The notes under the pieces are model-generated. The model had not been told where the DNA came from, ran no database searches, and saw only the letters and a program-made list of their open reading frames with translations. Positions 37,235 to 47,036 of a stretch of DNA of 64,000 nt are shown in pieces (position 1 is the stretch's first letter; every line of letters begins with the position of its first letter). Made by a program: the position numbers and the translations under genes. The DNA comes from a virus (lineage: Duplodnaviria > Caudoviricetes): positions 10,757-74,756 of IMG/VR virus record IMGVR_UViG_3300032272_000007; one strand, 5' to 3'.

Positions 37235-38205
37235 GTGATACAGTAAGAGCTTTATTGAGATCAGCCGGTAACTACCCCATCTTCCAAGATTGGGACAAGA
37301 AAGGGGGTATGTTCATTGTTAAAAACAAAGCTGCCAGAAATGCTATACCCGCTCAATTTAGAGTTTTAGATACCGATAGAACAACAATGTGTTATGTCGA
37401 GGGAGATGAGATCTATTATCTAAACAATAATCCAGCAGGAGATCTTACAGCGGATACTGACTGGGAAATAGCGGTTACTAAGGGTGTTCCAGAGACACTT
37501 ATAGGAACATGGAAAAGTGACAATACGGATCCAGTCCTACTAGATACTGATTCAACCACCGATAACAATGGGGATTATTATTTTGTTAGAGGAGCACCAA
37601 CCGATCAAATGGTTACCCATACAGGCTTGTTTGAGGGAAATACCGAAACCGTGAAGAACGGCGACATGATCGTTTCAGCGGCAGGAAAGTGGGTAGTTAG
37701 AAGATTTGATCCTCAAGTAAATATTCCAGAGGAGCTTATTGTGCGTCAATATGTACAAGACATCACAGAAAGAGACAATCTCGACCGGTGGGAGGGAATG
37801 GCCGTGGTGGTTAAGGATATTGGCACAGGATTCTCCGCTGAGTATTTGTATAAGCCATCTTCGGTTGATGCAGATGGACAAGGATTTGTATTGCTTACCA
37901 ATCCTAACCTAAATCCAAGCGGACAGGTGGTAATTACTTCTGATAATGCACTAGCGATCACAGGACCAGGAATATATGTTTATGTGGGCGCTGGAGATGC
38001 AAACTGGACGATACCATCTATTGGATCCGCGATTCAAGGAGGCATAATTATGTGCAAGAATAGATCATCAGATGAGGGTAATCTTATCATAAATGCAGAT
38101 GCAGCGGGGGAAATATACGATACTGACGGGACATACGACACTAAATTGATATTCCCAGAGGACAAATTTGTTAGCTTTATAGCAGAAACTTATTGGACAA
38201 TTTAA
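37231..38205 (+). CDS. Putative fibre protein
   Basis: N-term similar to 31883-35803; C-term tip-like domain. Confidence 0.55.
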   Translation: MSDTVRALLRSAGNYPIFQDWDKKGGMFIVKNKAARNAIPAQFRVLDTDRTTMCYVEGDEIYYLNNNPAGDLTADTDWEIAVTKGVPETLIGTWKSDNTDPVLLDTDSTTDNNGDYYFVRGAPTDQMVTHTGLFEGNTETVKNGDMIVSAAGKWVVRRFDPQVNIPEELIVRQYVQDITERDNLDRWEGMAVVVKDIGTGFSAEYLYKPSSVDADGQGFVLLTNPNLNPSGQVVITSDNALAITGPGIYVYVGAGDANWTIPSIGSAIQGGIIMCKNRSSDEGNLIINADAAGEIYDTDGTYDTKLIFPEDKFVSFIAETYWTI

Positions 38206-38209
38206 TATT

Positions 38210-39997
38210 ATGAAGAAACTATTTATATCATTATTGCTCATCCTGACCTCATTGGCAGGATTTGGCCAGACGTACAAAGTAGTACGGGCAAAAACACTTC
38301 TTCCTCTACCAGTAGCGGCAAGAGGTAACGACACGCTGAATATTAGCGGGAAGATCAAGATCAACAGTCTGCTATTTCCTAATGTAGACGGAACCGCAGC
38401 ACAGTCATTACTTACAGATGGTGCAGACTCCCTTTACTGGGGAACGATACCAGTACTGAACAACATCGCTGATGATGCCGCAAATAGTCTTTTACTAGGC
38501 AATGCAGGAACAGCAGGAAACATTGATTTAACAGCACAAGGATCAGACGCAAATGTCGGGTTCAATTTTGTGCCGAAAGGAACAGGTCAGATACTAATAC
38601 CAGACGGAACATCCGTATTGCCTTCTTTGGCCTTGGCCTCTAGTCCTACCACTGGAATGTTTTTAGATGGTTCTGTTTTAACAATAAAAACAGGTTCAGG
38701 AGGAGGTGACCTAGCGTTTCAATCTTGGACAGGAATTATCAGACCACAATCATCCAATACTTTTGATTTAGGGTCTTCTGGGTTTTTATGGAAAAGGGGA
38801 TTTTTTGCGCAAGATGTTGCTATAGGTAATCTCAATTTAGTAGGCAACACTATATCATCCACAGATACAAATGGAAACATCAACCTAACTCCTAATGGAA
38901 CAGGCAACATCGTTCTGGGAACAACTACACTCGATGCGGATCAAGTATTAGGAGCGGGTCAAGATAATTTCGTACTAACTTACGATAACGGAACAGGATT
39001 AGCTTCTTTTGAGACTGCGGCTGGCGGAGGTGGCGTCACATTTGGAACTGATAATCAAATTCCAGTAATGAACGCAGGGGGGACAGATTTTGAATACACT
39101 AGTAATCTTCAGTACGCTACTGGTCTATTCCAAGTCACAAACACGTCATCTGAACAGGTAAGAGGTTTGTATGACGGAAATAATTATGCCGAATTTGACG
39201 CATCAAGCGGAGTTGTACAAATAACAGCTAGGGCAACAGGAAACTTGTTCACTAATCTGAGCCAGACAACAACCAACGCAGGGATTGATTCAGATATATC
39301 CAGCGCCTCAGGGAGTGCTTTTTGGAGTGTAAATGGTGACAACGACACAGGAACAACACCTATTTATTCAATGGTAGCTTCCATTGGTGCAGCTCCGTTT
39401 GCGACAAGGCCATTATTTAGAATGACGAATTTCTCAACGGACGTATACGAAATACAAGCAGATGGAGATTTTGATTTTCTAAATCATAACACAATAGGTA
39501 TTAGCTCAATATTTTTAACCGAAAAAGCAGCAGCAGATGCTGACGTAGCGGGTAGTGGCCAGCTTTGGGTGAAAGACGATGCGCCAAACACCTTAATGTT
39601 CACCGATGATGCTGGAACAGATTTTGAACTAAGTCAGACAACCACACAAACAACGACGACCACGGGAGCAGGGGGGTCAGCGAGTATTGACATACCCTTA
39701 AACGCCTCTAGCACTTATCTATTAGAAATTTCGGTAGTTGGGGGTGAGACAGATGCAACACCCACTATGTATGCTAGTCGTACTTTTGAAGCCCTGTATC
39801 ATAGAGTTGGATCTGGTAGTGCTGTTGAAGATGGAGAAAACGCTGGAACATTCATTGAGGTAGGGGGTGGAAGTATGGGAATATCCCTTTCACCTAATGG
39901 TAACAACGCGAGGGTTGTATTGTCTGGTCCAGATATTACCAGTACAAACATGAGTTGGAGGGTTACCGTTAAGAGCACAAGGGTAGCTTCAAATTAA
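38210..39997 (+). CDS. Fibre/spike-like protein carrying an N-terminal Sec signal peptide
   Basis: MKKLFISLLLILTSLAGFG-Q; GNINLTPNGTGNIV and PSSSNTFDLGSSGFLWK fibre motifs. Confidence 0.7.
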   Translation: MKKLFISLLLILTSLAGFGQTYKVVRAKTLLPLPVAARGNDTLNISGKIKINSLLFPNVDGTAAQSLLTDGADSLYWGTIPVLNNIADDAANSLLLGNAGTAGNIDLTAQGSDANVGFNFVPKGTGQILIPDGTSVLPSLALASSPTTGMFLDGSVLTIKTGSGGGDLAFQSWTGIIRPQSSNTFDLGSSGFLWKRGFFAQDVAIGNLNLVGNTISSTDTNGNINLTPNGTGNIVLGTTTLDADQVLGAGQDNFVLTYDNGTGLASFETAAGGGGVTFGTDNQIPVMNAGGTDFEYTSNLQYATGLFQVTNTSSEQVRGLYDGNNYAEFDASSGVVQITARATGNLFTNLSQTTTNAGIDSDISSASGSAFWSVNGDNDTGTTPIYSMVASIGAAPFATRPLFRMTNFSTDVYEIQADGDFDFLNHNTIGISSIFLTEKAAADADVAGSGQLWVKDDAPNTLMFTDDAGTDFELSQTTTQTTTTTGAGGSASIDIPLNASSTYLLEISVVGGETDATPTMYASRTFEALYHRVGSGSAVEDGENAGTFIEVGGGSMGISLSPNGNNARVVLSGPDITSTNMSWRVTVKSTRVASN

Positions 39998-40028
39998 TTT
40001 TTAGGTTAACTTTAAACAAAAAAATTAA

Positions 40029-40208
40029 GGAATCGCAGGAGGAATAAAAGCAGCTTCTATAAACATTTCTGTCAGTGCGGTAGTAGCCCCTCTTTGGACT
40101 CCTTCGTAATTAGGGGCGGCTGTAGTTGGGGATATAGAATTTAGGTTTGTTGCTACTGGCACAGGTGTAACCACATTTCGATTCTCGGGACAATATCAAG
40201 TTTTATAA
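40029..40208 (+). pseudogene. Remnant of a fibre-type C-terminal domain
   Basis: No start codon; reads GIAGGIKAASINISVSAVVAPLWTPS*LGAAVVGDIEFRFVATGTGVTTFRFSGQYQVL* with one internal TAA. Confidence 0.4.
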
Positions 40209-40236
40209 ATTTTCTAAACCATATAAAAAAATCAAA

Positions 40237-40587
40237 ATGGAACAATTAATTAAAGATGTATCGGTCAAATTTGATGACCAACTAGACTTCACTGAATTAG
40301 TAGGTGGACTTTCTGGACAAGCAATCGAGTGGGTAGATGGTAAAATCATCCATGGTGGGCTTTCTTTTGGTGTCTCTAAAGTGCCAGAGGAATATCACTC
40401 GGATGTAGAAGCTGTTCTTAATGCTTATCTGAACGATGATCTAGTATCATTATCGGAGACAGTTAAGAACCGAATGAATGAGTGGATTGATATACCTGGT
40501 ATTGATGAGACTGATGAAGGTTTGATCTTCGGCGCACTTGGTACAGCTATTTTCACGATCTTGCAGAGGAAAATAGAAAACGGCTAA
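40237..40587 (+). CDS. Hypothetical protein
   Basis: ORF with an A-rich start region. Confidence 0.6.
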   Translation: MEQLIKDVSVKFDDQLDFTELVGGLSGQAIEWVDGKIIHGGLSFGVSKVPEEYHSDVEAVLNAYLNDDLVSLSETVKNRMNEWIDIPGIDETDEGLIFGALGTAIFTILQRKIENG

Positions 40588-40770
40588 GTGAAACTCATTT
40601 ATAAATTCATTTTCGGAGCACTTAACGGGACCATTGGCGTGGATCTCGTTAAGATCTTCGATGCTGATGGAAACGGGAAGGTCTCTTTTAAAGAGATACG
40701 GAATGCTTCATTGGATAAATGGATAAATTTTCTATTTTCAGTTGCAATTAGCATAAAAGCATTTTGGTGA
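40588..40770 (+). CDS. Small EF-hand-loop membrane-associated protein
   Basis: DADGNGKVSFKE canonical 12-residue loop; hydrophobic termini. Confidence 0.6.
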   Translation: MKLIYKFIFGALNGTIGVDLVKIFDADGNGKVSFKEIRNASLDKWINFLFSVAISIKAFW

Positions 40771-41156
40771 ATGAAGAAACGCACTATATAGACGAAGTAA
40801 TTGAATATTTACAACATCCTTTCTATATGATGATTGGAGGTCTAATAGTGTACTTTTTTATCAAGTGGGGAGTGATGAGAAATCTTAAAAAGATCCCAGA
40901 AGCAGGTTTTTTCTCTGATCAGAAAGATGAAATGGGCGTTGGGTTAATACTTGGACTGTCCTTCATAACATGGGATGATGAAGTCCTTGCGGCCTATTAT
41001 AAAACACAACCAGATGAGGTACCAGAATTAGAATTGTGGATGTATTTTTTTGTAGGAGTTGCGGGTGAAAACCTGTACCAACTCTTTCAGGTGGCCTATC
41101 TTGTTAAAAGTAAGGTTGTTAGCCTGCTGAAAAAAATTAAAATAAAGATGGACTAA
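40764..41156 (+). CDS. Holin-like membrane protein
   Basis: Two to three hydrophobic helices, basic C-terminus. Confidence 0.45.
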   Translation: MVNEETHYIDEVIEYLQHPFYMMIGGLIVYFFIKWGVMRNLKKIPEAGFFSDQKDEMGVGLILGLSFITWDDEVLAAYYKTQPDEVPELELWMYFFVGVAGENLYQLFQVAYLVKSKVVSLLKKIKIKMD

Positions 41157-41791
41157 TGCCCAAGAGAATCAAGGAGATCGTTGAAAAAGTACAGTTTTAC
41201 TACGGTAAGAGAGAAACGGGTTATACATCTCCCGATGAGATAACCAGAGAACTTAATGTAGAATCAGGCAACGTATTCACCGATCTAATTGAAGAGTACG
41301 CCATAACCCGCCGTATTTCAGAATACCTACAAGGGTTTATGGTTCCATCCGAAGAGATTGGACTCAACCTATCTGGGGAAGGCGATAAACCCACTGATTT
41401 TGCTCATGCCATCTCTTTCCGCCTGGATGACGACACTGCAGGAGAAATTCTGGAAATTGCTTTCTGGAGAGAACGGTTAAAGCACCCCAACAAACCCCCA
41501 TCCGCTGAATTTCCGATCGCCAGAATGGTTGGAACTAAAATAGAGGTCCGCCCAGCGGACTCAACAAAGATATTTTTGGATTACTTTCGTTTTCCCACAA
41601 AGGTCGTATATGACTTTATTGTTCAAAATGGGGACGAGTATATCTATCAAGACCCCACTTCGGTGGACTGGGAATGGCCTGAAACTATTGAGGATCGTAT
41701 AATTAACCGAGTATTAGCTAATCTTGGTATACCTAATAAAGACCGGGACTTGATGGGATACTCTCAAAATGAGAAATTTCAAGAAAAATGA
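41156..41791 (+). CDS. Head-tail adaptor/ring protein
   Basis: Position before the nozzle; DYFRFP...Y...WEWP pattern of podovirus ring proteins. Confidence 0.6.
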   Translation: MPKRIKEIVEKVQFYYGKRETGYTSPDEITRELNVESGNVFTDLIEEYAITRRISEYLQGFMVPSEEIGLNLSGEGDKPTDFAHAISFRLDDDTAGEILEIAFWRERLKHPNKPPSAEFPIARMVGTKIEVRPADSTKIFLDYFRFPTKVVYDFIVQNGDEYIYQDPTSVDWEWPETIEDRIINRVLANLGIPNKDRDLMGYSQNEKFQEK

Positions 41792-42432
41792 CAACCCTTA
41801 ACTCCATAGCGCACTTAATTAAAGATCGGTTAGCGGGGGGAAACTCCTCTGTAGACAACCAGCTTGACGAACGGGATATTATTATTAGGATCCGCCAGGT
41901 AATCAATCAGGTACTCAGAATTTCATTCTTTGAAAACATGGGTATTGGCGATAGAAATGCGTCAAACCTTTACATTGTTTCATACGAGGTATCTATCATG
42001 GAGGATACTGCTGAAAAGTACAAGTATATAAAATTACCAGATGTGCTGGCAAATCTGCCTTATAACAAAGGGATCCACTCAATGCACCCGAAGGGGTCTC
42101 CAGACGAAACTCTCATTAGAGCTAACAATCACTATGTAACAAGAAATTTAAGATCGAGTCAGATGGAGGGTAAACCCGCCTACTTTCTGGAAGGAGATCG
42201 GCTAGTTATGAGAAAGAAGAACTGGAAATCATCATGGACAAAGATGATTGTAAAATTGAAATTGGCGGCTCCAGATAAATTTGGACTAGATGACCCTCTT
42301 CCAGTCTATGCGGACCAGATAAGCCAAGTTGTAGAGATTGTAACAACATATTTTGCTCCTCCAGTGATTCAGGATGTGTTAAATGATGGAAACAAAGACC
42401 GTGTAGTAAATATTAGAGATGGCAAAGGATAA
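41788..42432 (+). CDS. Tail ring protein
   Basis: Paralogue-like size and position. Confidence 0.55.
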   Translation: MTTLNSIAHLIKDRLAGGNSSVDNQLDERDIIIRIRQVINQVLRISFFENMGIGDRNASNLYIVSYEVSIMEDTAEKYKYIKLPDVLANLPYNKGIHSMHPKGSPDETLIRANNHYVTRNLRSSQMEGKPAYFLEGDRLVMRKKNWKSSWTKMIVKLKLAAPDKFGLDDPLPVYADQISQVVEIVTTYFAPPVIQDVLNDGNKDRVVNIRDGKG

Positions 42433-43204
42433 CAAAAGTTGGTATACGGTTAGCGAGGCAGCTTACGATGCTCTTGATGATATAGGAGAAACTGAGGCTC
42501 GTTTTGACGTTTTCCTCAAGTGGGCGCTTAGGGCAGCTAGATCATGGCATATTGATCAAGCCAAGGAGGTGAAGACTAAAATCCTAAAGTTGACCAAACA
42601 CAGGTCCATTGTATTACCAGATGATTATGTGGATTGGGTTAAAGTGGGGATTAAGTGTGGAGATACGGTCAAAACGTTTACGCACGACACCAGTATAGCA
42701 AGTCATTATGATTGTGTCGCTGGAGAGAAGCAGGAGAATATGCCCTGTTACGATGATGTAAATTTATTTGAACTAGACATCAGTAGTGATAAATACCTGT
42801 TTCACAACATATTAAGTACTGATTATGGAGTTGATACTCCAATATTTGGTCTCGCCTACAAGAGCAATGGTCTTGGATACTTCACGGTTCATCGAGAGGA
42901 AGGAGAGATTCAGTTCAGGGCTATAATGCCAAGAAACAGCGATATATACCTTGAATACATATCAAATGGATGGGATCCAAACAAGGAAACCGTCATCAAT
43001 CCACTAGCTTATGACTTAATTATCCAATTCATTCATTGGCAAAATCTCCGCTTTAACAAAACCATTGCCCGATCACACGTAAAAGAGGCAAGGAAGGAAT
43101 ACTGGGATGAATTTGATAGGGTTCAATACAGACTGTTAGATCTCACTATAGAGGATGTGCAGGAAGTAGCTAGAGAGGCATTTATCCCAACCGTACAAAC
43201 CTAA
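42419..43204 (+). CDS. Tail ring protein
   Basis: IVLPDDYVDWVKVG motif; position. Confidence 0.55.
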   Translation: MAKDNKSWYTVSEAAYDALDDIGETEARFDVFLKWALRAARSWHIDQAKEVKTKILKLTKHRSIVLPDDYVDWVKVGIKCGDTVKTFTHDTSIASHYDCVAGEKQENMPCYDDVNLFELDISSDKYLFHNILSTDYGVDTPIFGLAYKSNGLGYFTVHREEGEIQFRAIMPRNSDIYLEYISNGWDPNKETVINPLAYDLIIQFIHWQNLRFNKTIARSHVKEARKEYWDEFDRVQYRLLDLTIEDVQEVAREAFIPTVQT

Positions 43205-43206
43205 AA

Positions 43207-46200
43207 ATGAGCTTTTTAGAGAAATATACATTTAAGGGGATCAATAAAGACGTTCACCCTCAGTCTTTAAGCACAGACGGCCAGAGGAGACTTACTCCTG
43301 GAAACGTGTTTCATGTCGAGAATGGTAGATTAACTAGCTCAGAGGGGAATAATAAGGAGTCTGTTGAAAGTATTCTCGGTAACGAGGAGAGGGTAAACGG
43401 AAATTTACCAAACGGAGCAAACAAGGTTGTGGGAGTCTATGAAAATATTGAAGACTACTCATTGATCTATTTCATGTGGAACGGTGATGGAAATCACAGC
43501 ATACATCGATACAATGGCAGTTCCTCCACCTTCGAATTAATAGTTGAGTGGTCAGGGTTGAATTTTTCTGGAAAGCCACTAACAGGCATTGGCAGAGCTG
43601 GAGAGAATGTTTATTGGACAGATGGTGAAAACCCATTGAGATACATAAATCTTGCGGAGCTCTATCCAGTTTTAAATGAGAAACTAGCTTCATTATACCT
43701 CCACCCACCATCCAGGCCAGCAACCACTACATTTGGGACAGATTCCAGCCTACCCGTTAACAGGATGAATGAAGATAGCTGGCAGTTTACCTACCGATAT
43801 GTCTATAATAATGGAGGATTATCGAGATTTGCGCCCTACTCAGTACTCATGGAGGCTAAAGACTTTCCATTGTCATTCGATGATTCGAACAACTACATAG
43901 ATGTAAGGGTGTTCATTGAGGATGACATTGTAACCCAGCTGGACAAGGTTGAAATCTTTTACAGGAAGAATAATTCAGAGGTCATATACTTCTTTGATGA
44001 AGTTCTTGACCCATCAATATCAACATTCTTTGATGTTAGATTTGATAATTCATTCACTGGTTATGTGGTGCCACAGGAGGAGACAAGTAGATCGGATGAA
44101 TCAATTCCTGTTTTATCGTCAGCTCTGGCTTACTTCAAGGATCGACTATTTGTTAATGATAGTGTGGTGGGAAGAGATGTAAATGAGGGTAACTACACAG
44201 CTACCGTAACTAAATTTTCAGATGCAAAGAGATCTGGTCTACAGAATAAGGAGGGAGGATCCTATAGTTATGGCTTAAAGTTCACCGATGGATCTGGAAG
44301 AAATACTCTTGTAAAGAAAATTGGATCTCTACAGTTCGACAGGCTAACACCATCATTCGCCTCAGATGAGGAGTTTTCTGTAAATCTTACCGCCAAGGAA
44401 TACGCAAGAGTTCAGGTAAGCGGAACCGCACCCATCTGGGCAACTCACGCACAAGTCGTCATGACGGGTGAAACATCTATTGGAACTTACATGCAGTTTG
44501 TTGGATATGCAGCATTCTTGGATAATTTCAATGCAGACGGGGCAAAAACGCCAATTGCTCCAGGCGATCCAGATTTTGAGGAGCATGTATCCTCTGGAAG
44601 AATTTATCTAAACCAAAAGCTGGGTTTTCGATCGGACATACTACATATATTCTGCCCTAAAAACCTACCCTTTGAGCCAGAGGAGGGCATGTTCATCCGT
44701 CTAGCATCAATCGCTAATGGAGAAATTGCCATATTAAAGATTGCTGCATTCTATGGGGATGCTATTGAGGTATTCGGCCAAATTCCACAGGTAGCTACTG
44801 CGGGTCAAAACTGGGACACTCAAAATATAAACACAAAACTATATTGTGAGGTTTTCACTTTCTCCGAGCAATCAAAGGAGCAATTATTCTATGAGATTGG
44901 AGATAGATACGTCATACCCTCTAACCAACAGATGAATATTGACGATATTCTTGAGGGGGACACGCATATATTAGATGACAATTCTTTGATAGGTGGTAGC
45001 GCCCCAATAGCAACAAGGCAAGGGGTTTATCATGATTACGACCTTCGAACGGTGGATGATTCTGATTACGGTATTGCAGATAATTGGGAAGATCCAATAT
45101 TTGCCGTTATTGAGTCACAAACACCCACCAGTAAACAGGTACACACCGCACAGGATGATCTAAATGTAAGTGTAAGTACGGTTACTACCATTACCCCAGA
45201 CCTAACTAAAATCGCGTGGAATCAGGGTCGGGCATTTGTGTTACAAGAGGATAATGGTGTAGATCAACAGCCTACACGTATATCATTTAGTGATACATTT
45301 ATTCAAGACAGTAATATTAATGGAGTTCATAACTTTGATTCTTCCAATAGAAAGAATATTCCCAGAGAACTAGGTCCAATAACCAAGTTTTTACCAATTG
45401 GAGGGAATGTAATGCTGGCTATTCATGAGCGTGAGTGCTCGAGTCTAAGTATTGGAGAGGGGTTCATCAAGGTTGGGGACAATAATTTTATCCTTCAAAA
45501 GACAGAAAGTGTTGTTGGTGATGAAAGAAGTTTGCTTGGTGGGTTCGGGACTATATTTCCAGAGACCGCACAGTCTTTTGAGGGAATGGGGTTTTTCTAC
45601 GACATCTACAAAGGATCTATTGTCAAATACACCCTCAATGGACTGTTCCCTGTTTCTGATTATGAGATGAAAAACTATTTTGAGCAGAAATCTAAGCAAC
45701 TAATACCGTATATAGGCCAGATTAATGTGATTGCTGGTATCGATCCTTACCACAAAGAGTACATTATTACATTTCCAGCTATCGACAACATTCCAGCTGA
45801 GACGTGGGCTTTTAATTTTGTAAAGAATAGATGGAATTCTCAATACCCGTATGTTCCAGAGATGTATTCCAAGCTAGGAAACAAGTTGATCACCTTCAAT
45901 CAGGGTCGACTATACGAGCACCACAGGGGAGCTACTTATAACAATTTCTATGGTGTTCAGTATGATAGGAAGATAATTTTTTACGCCAATCCATGGGTAA
46001 CTAAAACAAAAAAACTACTCAACATCAGCATTATGGCTAAGGAACTCGCTAAAGACAGCGATCCTGAATATAAGGTGATGGTAATTAGAACCCCATCAGG
46101 ACAGGAGACGTATTTGAAGTTGAAACACTTTGAAAGGAAAGAACAAACATTCTATGCACAGGTTTTAAAAGATATTAATTCTACCGCTGATCAAGGAAGG

Positions 46201-46329
46201 GTTGCCCTTCTTGACGGTGCAGATATGAGAGACAAATATTTCGAGATTGAAATCAACACCAATCTCACAACAGAAGCTCTTTTACACGAGGTTACCACCG
46301 TAATGGTAGAATCAGAGTATAGTAGGTAG
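43207..46329 (+). CDS. Tail nozzle/stabilisation protein (P22 gp10/T7 gp12-like)
   Basis: 1040 aa, N-term FKGINKD, beta-propeller-like, C-term VIAGIDPYHKEYIITF...MRDKY. Confidence 0.75.
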   Translation: MSFLEKYTFKGINKDVHPQSLSTDGQRRLTPGNVFHVENGRLTSSEGNNKESVESILGNEERVNGNLPNGANKVVGVYENIEDYSLIYFMWNGDGNHSIHRYNGSSSTFELIVEWSGLNFSGKPLTGIGRAGENVYWTDGENPLRYINLAELYPVLNEKLASLYLHPPSRPATTTFGTDSSLPVNRMNEDSWQFTYRYVYNNGGLSRFAPYSVLMEAKDFPLSFDDSNNYIDVRVFIEDDIVTQLDKVEIFYRKNNSEVIYFFDEVLDPSISTFFDVRFDNSFTGYVVPQEETSRSDESIPVLSSALAYFKDRLFVNDSVVGRDVNEGNYTATVTKFSDAKRSGLQNKEGGSYSYGLKFTDGSGRNTLVKKIGSLQFDRLTPSFASDEEFSVNLTAKEYARVQVSGTAPIWATHAQVVMTGETSIGTYMQFVGYAAFLDNFNADGAKTPIAPGDPDFEEHVSSGRIYLNQKLGFRSDILHIFCPKNLPFEPEEGMFIRLASIANGEIAILKIAAFYGDAIEVFGQIPQVATAGQNWDTQNINTKLYCEVFTFSEQSKEQLFYEIGDRYVIPSNQQMNIDDILEGDTHILDDNSLIGGSAPIATRQGVYHDYDLRTVDDSDYGIADNWEDPIFAVIESQTPTSKQVHTAQDDLNVSVSTVTTITPDLTKIAWNQGRAFVLQEDNGVDQQPTRISFSDTFIQDSNINGVHNFDSSNRKNIPRELGPITKFLPIGGNVMLAIHERECSSLSIGEGFIKVGDNNFILQKTESVVGDERSLLGGFGTIFPETAQSFEGMGFFYDIYKGSIVKYTLNGLFPVSDYEMKNYFEQKSKQLIPYIGQINVIAGIDPYHKEYIITFPAIDNIPAETWAFNFVKNRWNSQYPYVPEMYSKLGNKLITFNQGRLYEHHRGATYNNFYGVQYDRKIIFYANPWVTKTKKLLNISIMAKELAKDSDPEYKVMVIRTPSGQETYLKLKHFERKEQTFYAQVLKDINSTADQGRVALLDGADMRDKYFEIEINTNLTTEALLHEVTTVMVESEYSR

Positions 46330-46357
46330 TTATGTAGAAATCATTAACTTTATCCCC

Positions 46358-47029
46358 ATGCCAGCATCAACAGCATTAGCATTCGTTCCATCAGCGTTCC
46401 AATTTTTTCAAGGCATCCGCCAGAAACAATTGGCAAAAAACCTTAAACAGGATACCTACATCCCTGGAGCTCTAAGAGAGGCTGAGGCTAGAACCAGAAC
46501 CAGAGCTGGTGTAACAAAGTTACCCGGTCAAGATCGCGCTGAGGAGAAAATCAAATCCACTACAGCCAATACGATCGCGGTAACCCGAAGGAACGCCAAA
46601 GACTCCACCACTGTTTTAGAAAAAACACAGCAAGCGGATGCGGTATCAAAAGCTGCAGTAGGAGATATGAATGCTCGAGTTGAGGGCTACAAACTAAAGA
46701 ATGAGGAGAAGCTAAATCAGGTATTGAGCCAAAAGGCCAGTTATCAAAAAGCTAATAAGGATCAGTTTGACGCTGCAAAATCAGCATTAGAGGGAGCCTC
46801 CTCGCAAAATTTTTATAATGCAGCTACCAACGCTGCTACAGCGGGTATAATTACTGGAGCAAATAAAGGTAGTGCGGCGAAAGGAGCAATCGGAACAGGT
46901 GTACCACCCACAACTCCAGCGGCGGCGGGAACAGAAAACACACCCCCTTTTCTGGATGACCCCACAAATGTGTTCTATAAGGCATTAATGCAGCGCTATG
47001 GTGTAACGCCGCAGAACCCAATAAAGTAA
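46358..47029 (+). CDS. Internal virion/ejection protein
   Basis: Ala/Gln/Lys-rich helical protein after the nozzle. Confidence 0.6.
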   Translation: MPASTALAFVPSAFQFFQGIRQKQLAKNLKQDTYIPGALREAEARTRTRAGVTKLPGQDRAEEKIKSTTANTIAVTRRNAKDSTTVLEKTQQADAVSKAAVGDMNARVEGYKLKNEEKLNQVLSQKASYQKANKDQFDAAKSALEGASSQNFYNAATNAATAGIITGANKGSAAKGAIGTGVPPTTPAAAGTENTPPFLDDPTNVFYKALMQRYGVTPQNPIK

Positions 47030-47036
47030 AATCAAA

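Noticed and set aside
31883-39997. Diversity-generating retroelement or invertible fibre cassettes
   Set aside because: No reverse transcriptase, no template/variable repeat pair differing at adenines, and no flanking inverted repeats noticed; a dot plot would be needed to exclude them fully
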